Source of the DNA: Fimbriosthenelais zetlandica
Taxonomy: Eukaryota
NCBI GenBank assembly: GCA_977030845.1
Contig: OZ365116.1
Location: forward strand, 21,638,001-21,702,000
Direction of reading: 5' to 3'
DNA: 64,000 nt
Shown here: positions 46,901-59,854 of the stretch, piece after piece
How positions within the stretch are numbered: the stretch's first letter is position 1
Layout: each line of letters begins with the position of its first letter
Program-made: the position numbers and the translations under genes
Notes under the pieces: model-generated
Databases searched by the model: none
What the model saw: only the letters and a program-made list of their open reading frames with translations
Told to the model about the DNA's origin: nothing

Positions 46901-49900
46901 CCGGGCCAGTAAAGATCAGAGGGAAGCTTCTCATCAGATACCGTACCTCCACCTTAATAAGCCTCACCTTCTACCATCAAGTTTACACCTTGAGTTTCCC
47001 CAGAAAAGTTAGTTATTTTTAATTTTTGAGCGATTAGAAAACATTCTTGATTGTGCTGCAGTTTGAAAGATCACCAGCATGTATACATTGTTATAATATC
47101 ACGCTTACAATTGGTGAAATACGGTATGTGCCTATATTGTATGTTCCTTGGCAGAGTCTATACACACTCGTCCCAACCCTGCCAGTTGTGCCCTCCACAC
47201 ACTTTCAAATACACACATACACCCCAGTGCCTGCCCTCTCTTGATCTTTATTCACGTGTCTAAGAAAGTAAGAACATTTCCTTGATGCTTCCTCACCTTT
47301 CCTCATTGGTCCATAAGTTCAATACAAAGGTGAATATTGTAAGAAGTCCTTTGAGGCATTGACCGTTAACCAACACCCATCACTCAAGAGTTTTCTTCTT
47401 GGCAACGTTAACTCAGTCAAATGTCCTTCCCTGCGATCAGAGACTCTTGAAAATGTAAACTGGTCTATGTGTATGGATATATGGACCTATTTTGGATGAT
47501 ATATCTTTGTACATTATATGGGGCTAGCTTATGCTTAGCTCCATCAACAGAATCCATATGAATCCTGTGCTACTGCCGCATTGCCTGCCACTCTGTCGCC
47601 CCCTAGTTTGGGATGCTTACACTATTTATTAAGAGACGAACCAAAGTCCTACACATCTTCGTGCATCATTGTGAAAAGAAAGAAAGGACGAGAGAAGAAA
47701 AAGAATTTATAACTAAACGTGAAACCTCTTCATGCAATGGAATATGATTTTAAAAAAATCCAAGCGTCCTGGTGGTCTGTGTTTAGGGAACACAGCCTTT
47801 TTTCTCCCCAAGCAAAGAAAGTGAAGCACTGTGGCAACTAATTAGTACCTGACGAGCAAGAGGTCCCAACACTGACAAGCCACCCGAGCCGTAGAACATT
47901 GACATGTGGAGGGAAGAGAAAGCTTTTGGCACCTTGCCCCATCAGTAATTGGTCAAGCGACTCTGGTCCCAGTTAAAGCCCCCAAAGGCCAACAGACATG
48001 ACCTTATTGAAACATCATGAAGACATTATTACAAAGAAACGTACCCAGTTAGAGCAGGGACAACCACTCTCACTTGAAACTTCATTAAGAAGTCATTAGG
48101 ATACTTGGCACTTGGTCTCAACTTGTGTTTTAAAGCCAAAGAAGTGTCACTTCCCCATATTGTGTTGTGACAGCTTCGTATTAGAGCTGTTTCGTCAAAC
48201 TAAGAGGTGCATGTTCTACTTATAAAGCTTTATACATGTTGGGATATCATGTTCTCCCTGTCCTTACATTTGTTAACATTATTTACATCAACTGCGGATG
48301 AACCAGATCATGGCATACATGTCACGATCAGGTGCTAGCATGATGCTGCATCAATGTTAATTCAGTCTTTGTTTTGATGAACTTCCAGATGATTTTACAA
48401 CAAAAATAAGTTTTGAAACGAGGAAGTTAGTTTTTGTAGATGTCAGGTAGGAATTCATGATGTGGGTATCAGCTCTCAGGCTGAGTGATACCAATCAGTG
48501 AGCTATCATGCAGGCCTGTCACTAGTCCACCTTCAACCCCCGGGCGCTCTTATCTGTCTAAACTGTCAAACCACGACAACCTTCTGGCTCATCCCCCATT
48601 TGTTTCCTCCCTCTGATATTTCTTCAACAATACCCAGCCCCAGACCTTGTGAACAACGTGTGAACATTGAATATAAGGAGTTCTCTTCATGGCTGGAGGG
48701 CGCATACTGGTATATATGGTCGTAATAAGCAGCAGTGAGTTTAGATAGAGGCTGATGGACGAAGCTGATGAATAGAGTGAGAAGGTCATTTGGGTGCGTG
48801 TATAATGGGCAGTGGTAGTGTGAGAATATATGAATGTTTACACGGGGGTAGGACCATCATCTATCATGGGCTTACCCTGAAAGTATCTTTCTTGTTTCAT
48901 GAACTCAAAGCTACTACTGCAGTTAGAAATGAAATTAACTGACTGTACTGAATTGTCAGACTACAGAATGCTCACAGGCAATTTGTTTAAAGAAATTAAA
49001 TGATTTCTTGGGTAACTGCATCTTACACTACAGTATACAATTGCCCAAACTAAATTTGACAGAATGTATTCTCCTCATTTGTCCCACATTCACCTTGAGT
49101 TACAAGCCAAGCTCTCACAGTTTGTTGAGGCCTGTTTCTTTACCACCCTCTATGAACATCCTACGCTCCCAGCCATCAGTAGCTCAGCTTCTACAGCAGC
49201 TCAGATCACCTTGGTAGTGTTGGTAGGAAATTGGCCTGGGGGCTTCCAGCTTCACCAGTGTTATGTCTAGCCAGGCGTTGCCACCTCAGCCTTGTTTCCA
49301 GGCGTCTCAAATGGCTTGCAATTTGTCGCACGTGTGCAGGGCGAATATTTACCGATGATTCTTGCCATTGTGAAATGTGTATCGTAATGATAACAATTTG
49401 CTGTTGATTTCCTGTCGTCCCCGGCCCGGGTAAGACCTCTATGGTGAATAGAGCCTTGAGAAGCTTTGTCCCAGCTCTTTTACTGTCTGTCACTACCATT
49501 TCACACCCAACACTTGAACGTTTTATTAAAATAACTTTTTGGCGAAATCACCCACCGAAAGAGGCCCCTTCACCCCGCTTTGGTAATTACTCTGGCAATT
49601 TGCTGGAATTTACCTCTGCGGAATCGGACCATAAGGCACTGGTAGGAAATGTGAACTTTGACCTGGTATTTTTGAAAGTCACACTGCAGGGATCCGTGGG
49701 TTGATGTGCATGACTAAAGGCGTACACTGTGTTTATCGATGGCTGTGGGGGGAGAGGCGATGCTGGGCATTTGTACGTGGCCAAACTGGGCTGAGACTAC
49801 ATAAAGGACCACTTCATCTATGAAAGATCATAAAATCGACCTATTGTGGCTCGCTGAATTGTATTCCTCCGCTGTCCATTGAACACAACCATCGGGGGAC

Positions 49901-52900
49901 AAGACCCATCCTACGCCAATTTCACGCTTTGCTTTCTTCACCGCTGGTATAGGTTTTGATGCTTAACCCAGGGGAGGATAATTGAAAGCAGGGCAGCCAT
50001 TATGGAACTTGATTATTGACTCTGGGCTATAAAGGCAAAATAAAAAAGGCCTTGGAATATTTGCTAAAGCTTTTCAAGAAAGCTTGCTATTACTGATGGC
50101 TTATTTGTCTGGCTGTATAGCCTTGAAGTCAGAAGTGAATACCTGGAGGTTTTTTACTGCTTCATATTGCTCATATAATACAATCTCTGGGTTTGTCATC
50201 AACCTCTGAGTAAGCACTGAACATTGTGGATTCAGTGCAATAGCATAAAGATCTTATTTCATGTTAAATTATAAGCAACGGGGCCTGAAGAAGAGTCCAT
50301 AAAAGAGCCTACTCTGAATTTAAATGAATAGGCTGAGATCTGAAAAAAAATTAACGTGAATTTAATTGGATATATCTTCGGAAAATGAGTTTTGGTAAGC
50401 AACCCCCTTATCATTTACTTTGTAGTTCTCAGGTACAGTAGCCTAATATTTTCCAGGCGTGTCCAAGTAATGGAGTTATCTTGTTATTGCCTTGTTCTCG
50501 GGTACTGTGGCCCAACATTTTTAATGCGTAATTTTGTGTCAAAGAAAGGTAAGTTGGTTTTGCCTGACTTTCAGTCGTTGACACATCCCACCATTACTGG
50601 AACCCAGCCCGGAGTTGTCTCTTATTCCTTGAGAAGACATAAAGATGAGTGCCAAGTTGGAAACAGTTGCCACACCAATATGAGACAATAGACCAGGGTG
50701 GCGCTGTCATGGCATCGGAATGTTAACCTAAATCATCCACGACTGACTGTTAGATCTCATGAAAAATACAAGACATGAAGGTGATCTATCTTATAATAGA
50801 AAACACTTAGTTTTTGTATGCTTGGACCTGGCTAATGCCAGGCAAGAGTACAACACATTTTCCTCCTATTGTTGGTGTGAAACGGACAGAAGCTGTTTGT
50901 GGTTTTCACAGTATTGTACGTGACACAGTGAGTGATTTACGACATTCTGTATTTTTATATGCACCAAGTGATTATTCATATGCCAATATATCATCATCAA
51001 AATTTGAGTTGATCAATTTCTCTTATTCCGTTCATTCACAAACGACCCATCCAATGATAGGCCACCTCTATATAATTGTTTTAGAATCCTGGGGTCAAAA
51101 TTACTGGACTTTGAAGTGTGGTCACTTTTTCATCCCACTGACTTCACGACTTTCACAGTAAGGTCATAAAGTCCTTGTTAAGAATAGTCTTTAGTCATGT
51201 CTTCTGAACTTCAACCACGCAAAGGGGCATTCAAGGCTACCTAGTGGGGACAAATAATATAGGTGGTGACCCTTTATTTCATTTGCAACCTTTTTATGTA
51301 TTACCAATAATTATTGTCCCTAACCATTTGAACAGACAAGAGACATGTAGGACATGTTTGTGTTGCATAACCAGAGAAAACCATTGCCGTATGAGTAAGA
51401 AGCCATGACTCAGAACAGGAGATGGACTGAAGGGTCTTGAGACCCTGTATGATGATGACTGAGGTCAAGTTCATGTCAGGTTCCCCTGATCCTTGCCAAA
51501 AGCCAACAATTAGATGTCTTTTTATATGTAAGTCATGAGACATGGCAACATGAGGTTTGACACGACACCTGTGAGGTCCATGTTAAGTACTGTACTTGCA
51601 TGGATGAATTCTGCTGTATTTAGAATCAATATGAAATATTAACCTTTGTCCAAGAAAGACATACGGAGTATGTTTTCTTGTGTAAATTCTATGAGGATCA
51701 ATTAGGATTTCATCAGGGTCAGTCCATCTTAGTGCTTCCTGTGTAAACACTGGGCAAAGGCCCACCCATGCTAGGTGTACAATGCAGTCTTACTGTATGA
51801 TCATTTTAATTCCAAAGGAACCAAGAAAATGTATGAATTCACACTATTGACAATTAGCCATGTAGACCTATATGACTGTCATGGTTGGTTTGGAGCATGT
51901 CTGGAGTAGTGAATCCTGAATGACTGATGGCTTACAAGGTACAAGGTGACAACTAATGTGGCTTTGGTCACTCCCTTCAATGACTGCCTCTTTTCCTCCT
52001 ATTATCGCCCTCCTCCCCCATTATCAAGTGAGGCCGTATGTCTCTCGTACTTCTCACACCGTGATGGATTACTGTTATTGTTAAACTTCTTCATTTCCCT
52101 ATCAATTAATGTAGTCACGATACACATATCCCACGCGGCCCTTTGAGTAAGAAAAACAGATTGATACTTTGAAATAGAGAGAAAGCATTTTGTTGGAGGA
52201 AGTCATAAATTATTCAGTTAGGCCTACGATGTAAAGGAATGCCAATTGATAGGAGGCTGAAGGCGTCTGTGAATTGTGGAGAGAGAAACGCCAGCAGTGC
52301 AATGTGCATATAGTTAGAAATGGCGTGACATAAAGTGGTAGACTGGGGAAGGTTGGTTAGTATCAAAGCTATTTGGCGTTATGTCTCAACAATATTTAAT
52401 GCCCAGGAAATTTTAAGAAAGTAATATCCAAAATTCGGCCCATGAACTTTGGCTGTTTCCACGTTGGATTGGATGGGGTTGAATGCCATGAACTTTGCAT
52501 GTTCACCATGATGATTTACCGGCCGTGGTTAGCATGTTGTCATGTGTGGATGCCTTTGTACATCCTGACTTGACTCCTAGACCCCATGTCCGGTAGGGTG
52601 ACGACTTTAGCCACTAACCATTCTAACCCGGGCTTGGTTAGAGTCTATGAGAAAGGTACCAAATAATGGCCAGAACATGAAAAATGACTTCTCCGAGAAC
52701 TCTACTTTCTATCGTCAATTTTCAATGCTCACAAATTTCGGCTTCACTTGGTCATTATAACGCCCATGACTTGTGCTGTCAAGGGGAGGGACCCTGCCAT
52801 ACCTCATTAAATTTTTCAAATCTCGATATATGTGGACCCCTCTCCTTGGCTGTTGTTCTCCCAACCTTATGTTTAATAATCTATGTTGGTAGATTGATGT

Positions 52901-55900
52901 TAAATGCTTGATTTCACTCCAACATCTGACTCCCCACAAAACCACAAACTCTCCCCTTACCTTCATTCCTCTACACCACATCAGTCCGACCAATGAGCCA
53001 TTGGTGCTGATAACAAGTTCCTGCCTTCTGTCCGCCTCGTCGACCCATAAAGACTGTGCAATGAAAAAACCTGTCTATCATAGATAATTGCTAGCAATTC
53101 ACATCTATAATGGCTGCTCCATTATGCGATGACTTCAGGAATATCTGAACCACATCAAAAAAGTCAGTGGTTGGGCTTTTTGCTTATTTCAAGCATGCCC
53201 TTATATATGTGTTGAGGAGTGCTAGTTAAGACTGTCAAAGGTGGGTTGGAGGGGTGCTATTTACTGACCAACATTTCTGGAGGCAGATGTGAACCCTTGT
53301 TTTGGATGAATTTGAGTGAGATTTCATAGTTCATTTGTGCAAGCTGCTTCTAAAAAACATGACATATACCTATAGTGCTGGCATCCAGTGGTTTGAAACA
53401 CTTGCAGGTCTTTTCAAACAGAAAATAAGGCGACTAGAATTTATATCTATAGTACGACAGGCATTCGGAGATGGGCATTTCTTATTTTTCTTAATACTTA
53501 AAGAATCCATAGAGTAAAATCATTTAACTTCATGATGAGTCCAATGGATATGAAGAAAACAAAAATGAAAAAAAAATTGAAAGTTTCCCACACATTTGCT
53601 CATGTGTGCACGACTATACCTTGGTATCTGCAGAAAGAGAGACAGTTAAAAATCAAATTACATGCAGAAGTAACCATCTTTGGACGAGGCTTTATGAGTC
53701 GCCATGAGAGCTATGCTGTCAGCTTTGATATTGAAATGAAAAACTTGAATAGAACTCATCAAAAGGAAATCTTCTGAAGGGGAACTTTTTTTGAAAAAAA
53801 AACTCTCGCTTTTGCATAGGTCCCTGGAAAGCTGACCGTGAAATGAAACCCAACATTAAATCCATACATGTTAGCATGACAGGAATAGGAGACATGAACA
53901 TGGTCATCTTTTTTGGACACATCTCATAAAAACACGGTGGGAATTTATGAAGAAGGTGGCCTTAATGTATTGCCTTCCTACACATTCTCCATACTCTCAC
54001 ATTGACGCACATTGCCCTGCCTTTTTTCAGTCCGACAGCTTTGAAAAACCTCCGCTGAAGATCGCGTGAGGTTTGGCCAATCTAACGGTTTATTTCACAC
54101 CATGTTCATGAAAAACCATAGGGAAACAAACATATGCAATATAAGGTGCTTCAGATAGTTGCCCTTTCTGTGTGTTTGGCTTGTTGATAAGTAAGCATGT
54201 ATTTCTATGTAGAGGATTGAGAGATAATTTTTGCCTGGTTTTGGTGCGTGTTGCGGGTCGAAGCACGCTAGAATGTAGAAGCCACATTGCCTCATTCATC
54301 GACCCTGAGCGAAAAGTCGCCGTTGAGCCAGCTTTCAGCTTGTGATTGAAAAACAGGTTCAAAATGTTTGTTTCACCAGGATCAGCCTGCAAACGCCCTA
54401 ATATCCACAGACTGATGGCATGCTCAAAAATCATTGCAAATCATTGCATAAAATTCAGTGAAATTTGAATGACCCATCTTCCTACTTTAAGGGCTTTATT
54501 CAATATACATTGACTGACTCCTTTCATTGTCAATCGCCAGCTTATCTAATATAAAATTGGCCCCAGAGGATTAAGTTGGCACGTATAATTAACCTGTGCT
54601 TCAGGATGCATTATGCATACATAACCATTACCAGTGACTATATCATGGCATAGCGGAGCCAAAGCATGATAGAGGAAAGAAAGAGATAGTGGAACGAGTG
54701 ATAAGGAGTTGATGTTCATGTGTTTTTATCGGCATGATGATCGGCATGGGAAGGTCTGTCTTGTCGTCTGATGTGTCTGCTCCTGTGGAATGATGAGATG
54801 AATGACCTTATATTACCACTCGTTATAACTGCCCACCCACCCGACACCTCCAGACATGACAAATATCCACATGCATCTCTTGACATTTGAAATAATAAGT
54901 GCATGTATTATAGGCAATCTTACTAACTTCATGCTGAATCCGTTTACATTGCTTAAAGAAATACAAGCTTAGAATGCATGGATGGATGCATGGAGGCAGT
55001 GATGTTGGACGTTCACTAGAAAATAAAGTATTTTTTCTGGGATAAATGTAGACGAGAGTGTTGCATGAAAAGCACTTGAGAAACACTTTCAACATTGAGT
55101 GGTTGCCAGGTAAAGTCGTCAAGTCAGTTTTTATGAACATTCCACACCAATTTCTCCCCTTGCTGCCCAGCCGGGCAGAGATGGGGCAAATGACGAGGGT
55201 CAACTCATGTTGAAAAAGAAGTCATCACACCTCGTGCTCCCATGTTTTCACTCTGACTTCAGGGCTCTATGTAATATGACATTATTTTACGCTGTGCCTT
55301 CACGCAGCAAACTCGATAAGCATTGGTGAGATGACTGCCCGTCCACCCATGCTCTCCCTCTACTCGTAAGTCAGCCTGCTGGAAATTTTCATCTTCTTCT
55401 TTTCTCCTCTTCTCTCTTGTCTCGTGTTAATTCGCTTGGTTCTCGTGATCTTTGCTTAGATGTAAGATAGATCCACCAAGCACGCAACTCCTGCCATTGG
55501 TGCAGATGTTCATGCTCTATGGAGACTTTCAGTCACCATTCCCCTTTTTATTCAGCGATAACCACATTTTTTGGAATTTTTCTTTTTAGCAGTTTATATA
55601 GATGCACATGGGAAGTTTAAATATAGTTTAATTCATATCTTAGAATATTTTAAAACGTTTAGTCTAATGCAACTTATATACAAATGTCCCGTTTTTTCCA
55701 AATGGTAAAATTTGTTTCAAGATGTGTATCGGCCACCCAGCAAACTTTTTAAAATAATAAAGGGGAGAGAGATGCCAACCGATGGAAGGACAGCTGTTCA
55801 TTCAGAAGTAGAGAAAGAAAAAAAGGTTTTAAGCCTCTGGATTCACTGTTCCTTGCTCACTTTTAGGGTGTAAGTGTCTTCAGGAAATATCCCCTGGGCA

Positions 55901-58900
55901 TCTGCACGATTTCCCCCTGATTTCCCTCTTTTCCTGGCCTGAACTAGTGACATTTTGACTATTTTCCCCAATTTCGGTGTTCACCGTTTTCCCTTGACCA
56001 GTTGGCTTTCTGTGCTTCCCTTTCATATATCAACCCTCGCGGCCAAATACTAATGGCGGGCGACCAGGTTTTGTGTTGAAGGTATTCTCTTCTCTACCAC
56101 AATATCATCTTCACAATAATCATCATCTGTTAGCATCACCACTGAGGGAATGTCCCCCCAGAAAGCTTAGGCTGGCCAAAAGCCTTGCGCTTGGGATAAC
56201 TTTAAACTGCAGTGAATGCGGTCTTCAATACAAGCTGGTGGCAGGCGCTTTTCACCTTCCCTATCAGCTATGATAATAGTCAGCCGGCCACACTTTGAAG
56301 TCGGATACTTCCACCAGAAAATATATCCCCCGGCTGATTCCTTCTTAACTATATAGAGTGTTGGTGGGGATAGAGGGGATGGGTTAATCTGTCCCAGTGA
56401 GAACATCCGTGGGGCTATTGTTCTCCCACCCTGAAACGACAGGGGGAAGAGGTGAGGTACAATATGAAACCTCAGAGCTCGCCACTTACCTCTCTTCACA
56501 CCTCTAAATTGTGGCCAACACTGGCTAATTACGTGGCACGGGTAACTACAGTTGTACAAGCCTCTCAACTTAACGGTCCTAGTTTACTTCTATGGTTACC
56601 TCTTTATCCCTACACCATTCACCCCTTGCACCAAAGAGCCCTAGTGATGGAAAGAAAAAGGTTCTGCGAGGTCAGAAAACAAGGATTCTGTCACACATGG
56701 AATGTATCTTTCATGAGAATTCCAACTCGTCTGCAGCCTATTCCAATTTCTGCCTGGCTCTGATTATGAACCGTTGCTGTTTCTTGCAAAACTGAAATGT
56801 CTGAGTAGAGTAAAAGTGATTGCTATCTTCAGCATTGAACAAAATATTGAAGATATCCGCCTTTTGGAGTGAATCTCCACCCCTCCCCATGCCTCAGTGA
56901 TGTGGTTATTTAGCTCTATTTCTACCTGCCTCCAGCTTTCACTCGTTTAATCATCTCTCCTCATCTAACTTTTAACACACAGGTGTGGATAGCCTACAGG
57001 TGAGGTGGAGCTGGCTATCACACGCCGATATCTCAATCACATCACCCTCTATCAAAGCCCCGCACCTGCCTCACCTAACAATTATCGCGCGAGAAATCGG
57101 GAGAAAATCGCCAGACTCCGAGAGGAGATCAAAGGGGGGAGTGACCTGGGGCGGGAGGTGTCCCGGGGAGAGGGGCTCAACCGGAAAGGCAGTGACTACA
57201 CCTAACAACAATGTGGTGGACACGGACTATATAGAGATACCTCTACCGACAACTTTTAATTGACACAACCGGCAGGTACCAGGCAAACTACAGGTGCAAA
57301 TTTCAAAATACCATATAGCTCCTTTGCCCCTGATTAAGTGATTTTCACAATTGAGGGACATTATCCTGAAGTAGATATGGAAAGTTATTTTTACTACATT
57401 CCCAGGAGTGTGTTCGTTTTCCTCACCTCGTAGCAGCATTGGTGATTGCTGAAGATAGGATATCCAAGTCAAATTATACTTTCCAATCAGCAGTTTACCT
57501 GTTGAATTATTTGAGAAATGAGTCCACGTCCAGCTCTCTGCGGGGGATGATTAGGCAGGAATAAACAAGCTGGTACCTTTAAGGACTTCAAATAAACGAT
57601 TAATGATTGCTGCTCCATCGCCTCTCGCTTCATTGCCCCCATAACTAACACATCAAACAGATACCCTTGAATCGGGACTAAAGAGTGGCACCCATTTCAA
57701 TATGCTTCCTTTCTGCTCTTTGACTGGGCGCACGAGAGTTCGATTCCACATATTGAGTCAATTTGTACGCTTTTACTCTTTCATGATTCAAGAAAAATAG
57801 AGGGACACGTGTCTCACGAGAGAATTTGTCAAGATTATAAGCCTGGGATCATGTTTATAATTGGTGGTGGGTAATCATCCACACTCAGCAAGCTGATCAT
57901 TTAGATTGTGGTGCTCTCATGTGGAAATGTCCAACAGAGATTGGAGATTCATTAAAATAATCCCCAGGCCATATGGTATAGATAAATGGCATATTCTCTC
58001 TTAGATTGGACATTGAAATATCACATTTTAGATTCATCTGAAAGTAAGAAATCTGGAATTGCAGGAGGTAAAACTCTCGCGGTCAAAGTGCCTATAATGT
58101 TGGTCAGTTTGGGGCAAGTAGTATAATGTTCGAGAACTAAGTAGGTTATGAAAATGTGACCAAAGAGGCGGCATCTTAACACTGAGTATGCCTTATACCA
58201 TATAGAACACAAAAACCCACTTTTACATTGTACGTTTTACATACTGAACAGATGGGCAGATCCTATAATGCAGTTAGTATTCATTGTAGCGGTCTTTTTA
58301 GATTTGGGGATTGAGCTGAGAGTTTTGGTTTGAGTAAACTATTTCAGGCCTTCCCAATGACCAATCTAAAGCCCCTTTCATGCTTCCCCAAGTTTAATCA
58401 AAACTTTTGTAAGAACTTAGTGGTCTCTTGCATGTTTCCATGGTAATCATCACCGGAAGTCTCGATGTAATTAAGAGGTTTGTGTGATGTTACATGGTCA
58501 AGCTTTCCTAGTGAAAAGGCATTTCATTCCGCTACCACGCCATAGCCATTCACTGTAAGGTAGAAGGCTACCTTCGTCCATTCACCAAATGAACAACTAA
58601 TGAGAACCATAAGGCAAGAAGATGGATAGCTTTAATCAAATTCCCCCAAGGAAACAGCCACTTATATACAATGGCTTAAAAAGCAGTACTTGTCGATGAA
58701 GCTCATGGGAGTGATTGAACCTTTTCACTGACTTGATTAGGTCCTTCCTCCGCAACTGCTCGGTGCTCCTTCCATAGCCCCGTGTGTCTCTTGACGCACG
58801 TTTCAACAAAGATAGCTTCGGGTTTTCAATCTGCCAGGAGCGGTCATCGATTTGTAGCCTTTCAGATGCCAGCAGTGCTTTCTAAATATTGGAATTTGAC

Positions 58901-59814
58901 AATCTGTCACCTATCGTGACTACAGTACCACCCAACACCCGGCAAATCCTTAGCGTCCTGTAAGTTTAGAGACCATTGTTGTCCCTGTATTCAGGCCTCA
59001 TGATGGAATAGCATTAATTAATGGGTAATATTCATGAAAGAAGTGTTACACGCCCCTCCTATTTTTTCATTCATCCACCAGGCTACTGATCTGCACTCGG
59101 GAGCGAGTGATTTGTCACAGTTACAAGATTACGGATCACCCGGTAACAGACTGGTGACGCCCCCTATCACAATCAAACCACGCCATGTTACATTCATCCA
59201 TGGCTGGGTGTACCACTGGCTTGTGCTCGCCTCATGTTTATAGCCTCCTCAGTTAGGCGCGCTTACACGGAATCAAACAATTCCAAAGTATATGAGACAT
59301 GGCTCATTGTCCGCTCTTTATGACTGAGCAGATGTCTTCATCAATGCTTATGTCTCTATCAGGCCTTGCACGCTTAATACATTAAAATGTATACAAAACT
59401 GGCGACTATAGAATATTAATAGAATATTACGAAAAGCACTGAAGTATTAGAAAACATACTCTAGAAATTCTTCTGGATATTTAAAACAAAATCAGAGCCA
59501 ATAATATGTCAGTGAAATTCACAAACCCCTCTTTGCATTTGTGGAATTCTTAGAGTCCGTTTTCAAATGATGAATTAGGGAGAAAAGCAGGCCTGCGCTT
59601 GTTATTGTGAGATCACATTTCACAGTGATTACAGCTAATTTGTTGAGTTAAAACTTTTATCGCCATCAGGTGGTCAGATGTCTGTATAGTTACACACCTT
59701 TATAGTCAGGTTAAATATTGGTTCAGGTAGATCATCATCTACTCACAGGTGTGCTCTCTATATACAATTACACCCCCTTATACAAACACGGGGGTAAGTA
59801 ACTCTCCATTTAAA

Positions 59815-59854
59815 ATACCTCCCCTCTATACCTCCCCTCAATACCTCCCCCTCT
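59815..59854. repeat. 13-bp tandem repeat ATACCTCCCCTC(T/A) x3
   Basis: atacctcccctct atacctcccctca atacctccccctct. Confidence 0.8.

Noticed and set aside
47380-47520. Second zf-RVT-like wording (NVLPCDQRLLKM; KCPSLRSETLE)
   Set aside because: Two different frames each give a partial match, which suggests over-fitting.
53530-53706. CSCVHDYTLV..QITCRSNHLW resembling a Sushi/CCP module
   Set aside because: No splice sites, incomplete cysteine pattern and a stop immediately after.
56167-56568. 133-aa ORF with KRLPPACIEDRI, faintly like P2X7-like C-terminal domains
   Set aside because: The upstream conserved motif is absent and the composition is not coding-like.
57725-57750. B-box-like GTTCGATTCC suggesting a tRNA or SINE
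   Set aside because: No A box, no cloverleaf and no acceptor stem.
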